A stretch of 61,761 bases of DNA, filler included, from Choristocarpus tenellus KU-1152 (taxonomy: Eukaryota > Protista > Phaeophyceae): the NCBI GenBank assembly GCA_964200185.2. It is 9 parts of 9 records of this genome, joined end to end, with 100 filler letters (N's around TTAATTAATTAA, not from the genome) between each part and the next. Parts side by side here need not be neighbours in the genome. Positions count along the whole stretch, not along the records: positions 1 to 13,746 come from CAXNAD020001383.1; positions 13,847 to 21,831 come from CAXNAD020005304.1; positions 21,932 to 29,049 come from CAXNAD020006663.1; 6 more parts are not named here. The stretch is one strand, 5' to 3'. Below are positions 12,360-22,739 of the stretch, piece after piece. Under the pieces are notes generated by a model. That model saw only the letters and a list, made by a program, of their open reading frames with translations. It searched no databases and was not told where the DNA came from. The translations under genes were made by a program, and so were the position numbers. The number at the start of each line of letters is the position of its first letter. The first letter of the stretch is position 1.

Positions 12360-13746
12360 TTGGCGACACCGGTAAACTCAGAGATAGAGTGACGGGTATT
12401 TTTTTGTTTGACCACTGACAAAAGATGCCGAATGCAAGATCGAGGTTAAAAAACGTCAAGAACAAGAGCACCTGACTCAACAACAGGAGGAGTCAAGAGA
12501 CACAGAAGATCAGGTTCATGAGCACGAGTCAGTAGAGGACATAGAATCCTCAACAAACCTTGATTCTGATTCTTCCAGTCACTCGTCCTCGTCATCTAAC
12601 AATGTAACAATTGCCGATCGTAGACAAGGTTCCTCCCCACAGATCATCATGTTCGTACAGGAACCCTGTCGCCGACCTTTGAGCATCGTGTCAGCTAAGG
12701 CGACCGTGACACTCACCGGATCCCTTTTCAGGACGATCCTGCCCCGCCTCCAAGTTCCACTACTTGTGATGTGACCATTTTCCACCCAGCCTCAGTTCAG
12801 AGATGCTGTTCCAGCGTTCATTGCGCACCTCATGAACGAGTGTGCAAGAACAAATGCTGTGCCTCCTGGATGGCTTCAGGATCTGTTGAAGCTTCAAGTT
12901 CGGGGAAATGGTGTCGATCAATTAAGACCTGTTGAACAGAGTAGCGACATCTTGCACCCAAAAACAATGTCAGAAGGGAGTCGTTGTATATTTTCCACTT
13001 TGGAAATCCCGGCTGGTCTGGCGATCACAGGTTCTTCTGGAGAAGAAGATCTTCCATTTCTATGCTCTAAGTGGCATCCCGCAATCACTGAAACAGTTGA
13101 TGCTCATTGTGTAGAATTTTTACCGAAAACTCTTCGATGAACTGCCGAAACATTATATTTTCAGGCGCTGTTGGCTGGTACGATAGAATGGCGTTCAACA
13201 AGTGATTTGACCATATTGCGATCATCCCTTGACACCCCTGTCACCATTACACCTCCAAAGGTAGTGGAACTAGTATATACTTCACGATGACTTTGAACGG
13301 GCATTGCTCTTGCCAATCAAGGATTGCGCTGAACACCTCCAGGACACTGTTATTTATCGGGATCAAGTTTGGGAATCACTCCACTTCTCTCCCGAGACAT
13401 TGGTTCCCTCGTTGGGGTTGGACGAAGTCCAAACAAGGAAACGGCATGGGAGGGGGTGACGGCATTAATCAATCCCTGTGTTTCCTGCAGTTGGCCTGGA
13501 GCAATTACACAATGAGGAGGAATCCGAGTTTGGACCATATTTCAGGTATTTGCGGTCCCCCAATGTCGTTCCACCAACTGATAAGGAATCGACAACATCT
13601 TTGTCGTATTTTTCCTTCGTAATGGCTTACTTTAGCGTTCGTATTTACTAGCTCACCTTCATAAGAGGAGCATGTTTAGAGACCAGTTGGTTGTTCCTAG
13701 CTCGCTAGTCTGTCTTGTACTCCATGGTTGCCATGACCATGCATTG
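11463..13746 (+). mobile_element. Decayed Ty3/Gypsy LTR retrotransposon (5' LTR, PBS, degraded internal region), truncated by the contig end
   Basis: The LTR starts TGTGA (11463) and ends TCATA (12359; TCACA in the inverted copy at 46767). It is followed by a PBS-like TGGCGACACCGG (12361). The 3' end translates RNGLL*RSY...DQLVVPSSLVCLVLHGCHDHAL, the start of a Gypsy integrase zinc-binding domain. Confidence 0.72.
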
Positions 13747-13846
13747 NNNNNNNNNNNNNNNNNNNNNNNNNNNNNNNNNNNNNNNNNNNNTTAATTAATT
13801 AANNNNNNNNNNNNNNNNNNNNNNNNNNNNNNNNNNNNNNNNNNNN
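13747..13846. other. Artificial contig linker (also 21832-21931, 29050-29149, 31652-31751, 48614-48713, 51764-51863, 54869-54968, 58846-58945)
   Basis: Each is exactly 100 nt: N44-TTAATTAATTAA-N44, with stops in all six frames. Confidence 0.97.
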
Positions 13847-14456
13847 TTCAAACTACCCTCTATCTCTTCCTACCATTGCCATTGCTATTGTCAATGTCTT
13901 TGTATAGCTATGCATGAACTGAAGCAACCCTAAGTAGACGACATAGATGCCGTCTCTGAACAGCAGAATTTGTGATAAGGAATCTGTTGGGCATTCCCAA
14001 CCTGACCATTGAAGTGTCTCACACAACTCAGATCAAACCCGCCTATCCTATTCTTGAGCTTCCTTTCTTGAAAGGTATATGGAGATTAGATCAAGAATGA
14101 TTTAGGTTATAGTTACATCATTTGATTTGAACTTTGGTTCAGCACCAATTTAAGGTAATGACATGTTCTGTGTTGGAAGGGTCGCTGGTATGAGTTTCCA
14201 TTTGTCAGGATCAAGCCCACTACCTTTGTTTCAGGGACCTGTTTATTCTAAGTTCAGCTATTGCCTTGAATCTGGTGAACTTGAGACACAACTGAACTCC
14301 TTGTGAGTAGGCGAATTAACCCTAATCCTCATTAGGAACTTCTCGATCTATTCGATACCCATCTCCACATTCTTCTCCCATAGTATGGGCTCCATTTACT
14401 GATAGGTGGAACTTAACTTTGAATCCCATCTGTGCAACACATTGACACAATTCCAG

Positions 14457-17400
14457 GGGATCGTGGAGGAGCTCTGTATGTTTTTGACTTTTCTACTGCC
14501 AACCTTGGAGGCAGTTCCACCTTTTTTAATAACAGTGCAGGTAAATCCATGCGTTCTGTCTTGACTAATGAGAGGTTGATTTTCCATAGTCTTTGTACAG
14601 TTCAGCGTGGAGTGGAAGAAGTGTCAAGTAAACTGTGATTACTAAGAGTTCGAAATATAGAAATGTGTTAAGCTGTCCTTGACGATCTGTTGCCCCCCAC
14701 AACCAGTTATATTTTTTATTAGCTTATATCCCAGCTGAGAAGAGAGTGAGACACCTTCACTAGGTAGGGCTCACCAATCCTAACATTGAATCAATTGCCA
14801 AATGCCCCGCATTATCTTCTGTTCGTATGTAAAATAATATTTCAAATCATATTCTAACAAGTAGTCAAGCATAATCTTGACACACCCCTCTGCTCTTACT
14901 TTGCAATGAGAATGAAATCAATCCAACAATAAAACCCAACTTGAAATCATCTTATCCTGCACACTTCAAATCTTAATCCTACACAGACAAAAAAAAACTT
15001 TCACACACTCCCCCGCTGTCCATATATGATGAATCCAATGAAACTAATCCGCACATTACCCCTTACTCACAGTGCATGATAGTTCTAGTGTGAAACTCAA
15101 ACACATTACCACTCCGAGCCTTCGTGAAAAAAATTCCATGTTGTTCACTGGAGTTGACATAAACAATCTGTGCCTTCCCCTCTTTCACTAGGTTTCTAGC
15201 ATAATAATATCTGATATCTATGTCTTGTCTGTTACAGAAATTGGTTTTCCCAAGACTTGTTTATGTAAATGGCTGGATTAATTCCTTATTATGCAGAACA
15301 GGCTGTACATGAAGTAAGGAAGGTGTAAGAAAGGAGAATGAGCTTCAAACTCAACAGCGGGATGTCCTTGCCTCCGAATCAATTCTATTCCCTGAATAAC
15401 TAATCAAACTATTTAGAAATTACTTTCCCACAATGCTTCCTATTCCTGGACTCTTACATATTCTAGTTCTTGAAACAATAGCTTATCTTACACACTTCAG
15501 AATACAAACACTGTCTATTCATCCTTAGATTGTTTATTCTACGGAATCTTTTATACACGAATAAAAATCATATTCTAAACATCGTCCTACCCCCTGAAGC
15601 TGTCTTCTCAGCCAACTTGATTGCCCTACTATTGTCTTCAAACAATCGTACACAATACTCGTGCACAGTTGGCTTCAAAAAAATCTTGGACTTGCTGCAA
15701 AAACATAAATTCTTAGGCCAAATCACATAACGACAAATACTCGGCCTCAGTGGAAGATAAAGCAACAGGCTTACGCATTTTTGACCCCCAGCTCGCACGT
15801 GCACCCCCAAACATTACCACGCCACCAGACACAGAAAATCTTGAAATGACACAATTGGCGTAATCAGCATCAGCATAGCTGATAAATTTACGAGTACTGA
15901 GGGTGACATCGAGTGACAGAAGAGGGATGAGTTGGTCCCTGGGTGCATTCCCGTAAAAACTGGAATCAACATAGGTCAATCCTCTACTGCTTGTCCTCAA
16001 CAGATACCCAATAACCCTCTCAGCCCCCTCCCAATCCGTCACCGTAGGGTTTACACATTTCATTGCTAGGCTCCTTACTGCAGATGATACATCGGGTCTG
16101 TTCATGATGGAGACCCACATAAAGCTCCCAACCATTGCACAATAACCGTCTCTCACTGGTCCCTCCTCAACAAACTCTTTGATGGCAACAGCAGGAAGGT
16201 CACAGCCAGTCGTGATCCAACGTTTTGTCGCGAAGTTTTCAACATATACCTGCTTGTCTATGGAAATAGTCCCTAGTCTACAATCCCTGTTTATGTGGCA
16301 TCCCATAAACTGTCCCTTCTCCCCAAGGTCCTGGAAACGAGGGCGTCGTAGGGGTTGCTGAAACACAACAATACCCCTCTTTCTTGGATGGTATCTCTCA
16401 AGACACTTACACTGGGAACTTCTTGTTCAGTCCTTGAACTATACTCAAGGCATGTTTAGACCCCTTGCTGGCCATAAGCATGTCATCGTCATGAATGAGC
16501 ATGTTCAATACCAGTTCCCCATCCAATATCCATCTAAATACATAAAGATCAGCCTCACATTACTCCAGTCCCAGCTCCAGTAATGACGCCACAAGTAAAG
16601 CTTCCCAATTAGTGATGCTTGTACAATCACATACAGTGATTTCTGTAGCTTCCCAACTGCCCCATCAAACTCAGCCACCACCCTCTCTCCTCTGGCAGCT
16701 CCACATACAAGTCTTCCTCCAGGTCTGCATTAGTGGAAGTCCTCACCATATTCAGGTCCCATCCCAAGCGTGCCGTCAACACCAGAATAATCCGCAGGCT
16801 TGACATTTGTGCTGGTGGTGCGATTTTTTCATGCCAGTCAATTCCAGGCTGTTGTCGAAATCCTTGCACCACCAGTCTTGCTTTCAATCGCTCCACTAAT
16901 CCAACTATATTGACCTTTCTCGAAAAAAATAAATTCTTTTTCAAGACAATTGCATCAGTTGGTCTGGGAACCTGAACCCATGTGCCTTAAGCAATTAATC
17001 CATCAATCTCAGCATAGATAGCCTCAAGCCACTCCTTCGACTCTCGAGACTCAAGCGCTGCCTTCACAATAAGAGATACTGGAGGCAAATCACTCGCTTG
17101 AGTATCCCCTGGCCAGCCCAGTCCCAACTATCACAAATCATATCCTCCACCTTACGTCTGACACCGATGGCTGTTTGTCTAGTGGTTCTCTTCTGTGCCA
17201 GGGGAGATTGTGACGGCCCCATATTATACTCCTGGAGCCGAGACAGCATCCTGGGTTCAGAGTGTTGTGACTGCCCTCCTGACCCAATACTCCCACTCCC
17301 ATGCTGTGGAGGCGACGCATCCCTGTCCCCATTGACTAGTGCAGAAATCCTCGTCCCAGACTCCCATTGCTTTTGTGCATTCCCTGACCCCAGATGTTCC

Positions 17401-20400
17401 CCCAAATGAATGTCTTCAACCATACCATCAAAATTAATTCCAGTCTCTTCATCACTCGAATCCCCAGGTGTTATTTCCCCTCTAGTGATCACTGGAAAAA
17501 TTTCTCCCTCCCTCCACAGAGGTAAACCCGAGGATTGATGTCAGGTGTCATCTTCAGATTGCTATCCCACATAGACTCCCAACTAATATCCCTACGCATG
17601 ACGAGTGGCCTTGATTAGTTACTGAAAACCCCGCCAGTCTTGGCTGTCCATCTCCAGCATCCAACTTTGATCCGTTTCCCTTGTTCTTCGAACCATTCCC
17701 CCCCATCCGATTCTTCTTCTGGATGTTTGAAGATTCCAGACCCCTTTGATGGTCCATATTTTCTATGCGGACAGTCAAAGCTTTGAGGACCTTTTTCTCC
17801 GCCAATGAAGCATGTAATTCCTCAATCGCTCACCTTCTGTTTCTTGATGAGAGGACACTTGGACCGGAAGAGAGGTCCACCACTTTCCCAACACTTTGGT
17901 TGACCACCATTTCGTCTGGATTGCCGTCCAGCCACCAGTGCGCCTGCTCTCGCCCCAGCCGAGTCCGACCCTTTCTGTATGCTGCGTAGTCGATATCTTG
18001 TAAGGACTAATTTTTCCAATTTAATCCTCCCTTCCACCGACGCCTCATCATCTATCTGGGACATGATGTCCAGATACTCCTCGCGGAGTGAATTTTGAAG
18101 CCAACTCACTCGATGTTCCTCTGTGACGGTACCTCCCGAGCTCTTCAACTCCATTAGGGTTAGCCTCCTGCCGATTGATAATATTAGCAGGATCTCCCCC
18201 AGGTTCCAGCACCATATCCATCAATTCTGGTTTCACAAGATTTCTCTCGGTCTGGCCTGAAAGGGCATAATTCCTCACCAGTGCGGCGAACACCTCACTC
18301 GGTGACTCATACGTGATTATGATGTCCAACACAGGTCCTGCTGTTGCCTCCTTCAGTCCATTGATAGCATACGTCGTTGCATGGTGCAGATACGGATCCA
18401 CACCCGCCGGGGAATACTCCAATGACAGTCTCCTCAGATGTTCCTGCGTAACTAATGGCTCCCTCCACCCCGAGGAGGAAGTGTGCGTAAGAAATGTTAT
18501 ACTCCATTTCCTCCACGTCCCTGGTTCCACCTGAAACGCCAGTTGTTTTCAGGAATATTGCTTCAGGTTCGGGGCAAATACGGGTCTAGTCCGCATGGTC
18601 ACCGTATCTCTAGCTCCATCCCTAGACTCGCCCCCTTGAAAAGCTGATGTCCCATCATGAATCGCATAGACCCCTCGGGTCATACTGTCGGTTCTTCCAT
18701 TCCGTCATCAATGGGGTTTAGACTTAAAACGATTCTTGATCTGGGCATCATAGTTTATCTTGACTCCTTCCGGGTGACAGCAAAAATCCAAGTATAATAA
18801 CTACGCAAGCACTTAAATAGGTGCTATAGTATGTTAGGCTGTCCTTGACAATCTGTTGTCCCACACAACCAGTTACATTATTGTTTATTAGCTTATATTA
18901 CAGTTGAGAATAGAGTGAGATACCTTCACTAGGTAGGGCTGGTAGGGCTCACCAATCCTAACATTGAATAACTTAGAATACCAAACTACTCAACGGATCT
19001 CTAGTACACGTCAGAAACACTCCGCCGATTACTTCTGGCCAAATACCTCGTCTAAGTATCCCGAATGCCCCACATTATCTTCCGTGCATACATAAAATAA
19101 TACTTCTAATCATATTCTCACAAATAGTCAAGCATAATTTTGACAAATTGATTACTAACCCTTACCCTTGAAGTCTACTAAACATCCACAGGTCAATCAC
19201 TGTAATACCAGACCAAACTCAAATGATGTGCTACTATGCCACCATTCTACTCTCATAACCCCATATATGTATTCAGATTTAGCCAGGACCGACCAATGTT
19301 GAATTTCGTTACCCATCTCAACATTCTCACTGCATAATATGAGTTCTATTTATCGCTATGTTAACACTAATTTTAAATCCCATCATGTAACTCGTTGGCA
19401 TATTACAAGATGGTCATGGAGGAGTTCTATATGCTAGTGCATCAAGCATAATTGAATTCGACGATTGTTCTACCTTTCATAACAACAATGCTGGTAAGTC
19501 TATGCATCTTGTGTTTAATGATTGAGGAAAGTCCATATAGTCGTGTGTATTCTGAGTTGGACAGGGAACTGATTAATGGGTATTTCACTGTATGTTGATC
19601 TTGAAAAAAACATCTGAACAGTAAAACCTTTCATAAATTTGTACAATGTAATTACAATCCTATTCCCACATTGAATGTTGTGATCTCGTGGAACTGTTCA
19701 ATTTCCTGAGAAGGGTTTATACTCACGTATTCAAGACTGATAAACATTGAAGCCTGGTCGTATTTTTTACGACCTATTTCCAGCACTATCTAAAGGTGGT
19801 TTCAAACAGATGGTGTTCAATGTAATTTACCATTTCTCTATATTAAAGTTTTGAAGGAGGTCACTGTTTTTTTGCTTTTTTATAGTCCATGGACGTAAGC
19901 CTTCTCTGCTGTAATTTGTCTTACTGAAATTTCACTTTTTATCTCAATACTCCTTTGTGCGGGATGAACTTGAACTTGTTAAGGATGGCAGAATAATCCC
20001 AATTCCCGCAAGAAACTCCTTCACCTAGAGGGTTGGGGTTATAGATGAATATTGAATCTTGTGTATTTTGTAGAAACATGTTTTGAATGAAAACTTTCCA
20101 TGTAATGCTTGAGTCAATTTGTCATATATGAAACTTGCTCATATCTTTTTCCTGCATCATTTTGGTATAATGACAGGCTCACTTGGAGGTGCAGTATATT
20201 TCCGAAACTCATCCTCTCTTACTTTGAAAGGCTATTCTACCTTTAGTGGAAACAGTGCTGGTAAGTCCATGTGTTTCTTTGTTCTACCCATCGGTGAGTA
20301 CTTTTGGTCAGAATGTAATGCATTTTTGTAAGTCTTCGTGTATGTTTTTTGTCTTCATTATTGGTAAACCTTGAAAGATGTAAATGTTAAAAAGCGATCA

Positions 20401-21525
20401 AAGTAGACTAATCCTTTTTTTTCACTTCGGCAGATACCTTAGACAAAGTCTCAATCTACAAATTATTGCAATCAAACATCATAATCAAGCATGGGTTATC
20501 TGTTGCCCAACTTGAAATAGCAGTGTGACATCATGATGCCGGTGCATGTGATCATAATTTGTATTTGATGAGTGAAGTATCTTTGAGGGTACGAGATCTG
20601 CCCTGTTTGTCCATTTTGGGCTGGCTGCCCATGGGTTTTTTAATGACGTATTCCTACTCCAGAATGTTTAGGAGTAGGTAAAATGTGTATGTTATGGGAA
20701 GGTATGTCCGGAACAAGGATGTTGGCACTTCCCTCACAAACATCATAGCCAAAATTTCATCAAAATCGCTACATTGGATTTTGGCCCCCAAAAGGACGCG
20801 GCCCTACCTTCCAAGATGCTTTAGGTCTGATACTGACAATGAATTGATCTCATGGCAATTACTAGAGTTTGGTGTAAGAAGAGAGTAGGCGCTTTTATAT
20901 TGTGCATCGTGAACAGATCATTGCTATGATCTTGATAAGTACTCATTGAAATTGTTGTGCAATATAATATGTTGATGACCTTTCTGCAGATATTCACATG
21001 TTCTGCTTTGTGGATACCACAATTTTGATCTCTAATTTATTACGTAATTTTCTTGTGATATGCCAAAGAGAACATCTTTCCATTTTATACTAACGTGTAC
21101 ATATTTACATTTGACAGGGTTGGATAAGGATGCAGGAGCTATTCGAGTGTATGACTCAAGCAATCTGACCATGGCAGGGGTTTTATCATTTGAAGGTAAC
21201 ATAGCAGGTAAGTGAACGTTTTTCATAGGGGTTGCTTAATTAGAATTAAAAAATATATATTACAACTCGGAAGAATATCAACAATTTTTCAGGTATCCAA
21301 AAAACTTCCCTGAACAATGGTGTCACATAGGGTTATTTGTTTCCAGTATGTGAATACCCTCAGAAGGCATAAAAAATTATGCAATAAAATTTCTACCTAC
21401 TCAAGTGATCACCATCCCACTCCTTTTTCATATATTTACAGGAAATGATGGAGGAGCCATCGCCATTGAGAAATCTTCAATACTATTCTCTCAAGGCAAT
21501 TCCACGTTCACAAGAAATTTGGCAT
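14457..21525 (+). CDS. Partial gene encoding polymorphic membrane protein (Pmp/POMP)-type right-handed beta-helix repeats, one repeat per exon (14457-14540, 19410-19493, 20177-20260, 21118-21207, 21442-21525)
   Basis: The exons translate GDRGGALYVFDFSTANLGGSSTFFNNSA / DGHGGVLYASASSIIEFDDCSTFHNNNA / GSLGGAVYFRNSSSLTLKGYSTFSGNSA / GLDKDAGAIRVYDSSNLTMAGVLSFEGNIA / GNDGGAIAIEKSSILFSQGNSTFTRNLA. Lengths are 84, 84, 84, 90 and 84 nt. All are AG..GT bounded, phase 1-1 and stop-free. A TACTAAC branch site lies at 21088. Both gene ends fall outside the contig. Confidence 0.85.
14666..14882 (-). repeat. Copia 3' LTR (carries a ~90-bp deletion relative to the 5' LTR)
   Basis: Direct repeat of 18832-19145. 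Confidence 0.88.
15230..15581. mobile_element. Solo LTR nested in the Copia RNase H region
   Basis: TGTT...AACA termini and TSD TTGTC/TCGTC. It interrupts the RNase H motif between SGGRT and (H)IDIRY. Confidence 0.78.
18832..19145 (-). repeat. Copia 5' LTR
   Basis: Direct repeat of 14666-14882. Confidence 0.88.
20570..20828 (+). mobile_element. MITE family A copy (degenerate)
   Basis: GAGTGAAGTATC...GATGCTTTAGGTCT termini and GAT/GAT TSD. The body matches the other copies. Confidence 0.82.
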
Positions 21526-21931
21526 GTACGTGAAGGTTTAATGTGGTTTCACACCAAAGACTCTTGGTCTGGTAGAAAACATGAACAAGGGATTTCACAT
21601 CAAGTATGAAATTTCTTTGGGGGCATTTGATGTCAGCAATGAAAGTGACAATGTCCAAATAATTAACATCGACACCAGATATTCATAGTTCAAATCCACG
21701 TCCGTAATATACTTTCTGTACTCTCATGCACGAGTCGAACACCAAACATGGATGTTCATACAGAGTTCTCATCTGCTGAACAGCATTAGAGACCTCGTAT
21801 TTCTGTCCCTTTGAAATAGTCTTCACCTCTTNNNNNNNNNNNNNNNNNNNNNNNNNNNNNNNNNNNNNNNNNNNNTTAATTAATTAANNNNNNNNNNNNN
21901 NNNNNNNNNNNNNNNNNNNNNNNNNNNNNNN

Positions 21932-22382
21932 GTTACAGGTGCCCCTCAATGCGCACCTTTCCAGGATGTACAAGTCAAATCCAATTCACAGATTAACGCA
22001 CGTCAGCTCAGCAGAACAGCAGTACTCTCAGGCGAATCTCAAGTAGCGCAATAAAGTTGTATTCATTGGGAACGATATCAGAAAGAGAGAACTGAATAAG
22101 TAGGGCTCTCTGGGTCAGAAGAACTGAGCCGTTTGGAGCCGTTTTTCGGATCTCTTTATCATCATTTACCGTTGGGGCTTCTTTGGTTTACAAACATTGG
22201 ACTATATTTGAGAACCTTTGCGACCTTTCCATATGGGACCCTTTGCAACTACCCGAGTTACAGACGTTATTCTGCAACTTTTAGGCAAATCGAAGTTCCC
22301 CCTAATGAGGTTCCCCACGCGCGTATACTGCTCGCGCTGGTTAAAGCGCGGGAAGAATTGCTCGCGCTATTCGCCTGTAACA
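21932..22382. mobile_element. LTR (~451 bp; solo or contig-truncated)
   Basis: (T)GTTACAGG...CCTGTAACA inverted termini. Its first ~55 nt are nearly identical to 31596-31651. Confidence 0.78.
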
Positions 22383-22472
22383 CATACTATTGAATGGGGT
22401 GTAGAAGGATGGAAACTTATCATGGGGGTTAACATAGTTGTAGACTACAAGTCCCATTACGACAATGCCTCA

Positions 22473-22739
22473 GAGTGAAAGTATCTTAGAGGGTACGAGG
22501 TTTTCCCTTGTCTGTCCATTTGGGGCTTGACTTCCCACGGATTTTGAACGCTTTTAACCTACTCCGAAATGTTTCGGAATAGGTAAAATGTGTATGCTAT
22601 GAAAAGGTGTGTTGGGAACAAGGATATTGACATTTCCTAACAAACATATGATAGCTAAATGTTCATCAAAATTGTAAGAAATGTATTGGATTTTGACCCC
22701 AAAATGGACGCGACTCTACCCTCTAAGATACTTTGACTC
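22473..22739 (+). mobile_element. MITE family A copy
   Basis: TIRs GAGTGAAAGTATCTTAGAGGGTA / TACCCTCTAAGATACTTTGACTC and TSD TCA/TCA. Confidence 0.9.

Larger units (their letters stand above)
14666..19145 (-). mobile_element. Decayed Ty1/Copia LTR retrotransposon in an intron of the Pmp-repeat gene
   Basis: LTRs at 14666-14882 and 18832-19145 (TGTT...GACA). Near-perfect 5-bp TSD AAATG/AATTG. PPT-like AGAGGGG next to the 3' LTR. Frameshifted gag (17822-18530), RT (RLKARLVVQGFRQQPGIDW; VGSFMWVS..RPDVS.AV) and RNase H (YADADYA...SVSG...VALSSTEAEY; FEDNSRAI; IDIRY). Confidence 0.92.

Noticed and set aside
13791-13802. TTAATTAATTAA palindrome recurring eight times
   Set aside because: It is always centred in 88 Ns, so it is an artificial six-frame-stop linker and not biological.
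21932-22450. This contig being the direct continuation of the LTR inserted in the YR gene
   Set aside because: The flanks do not form a TSD (TGTGG vs CATAC) and the downstream sequence does not resume YR coding.
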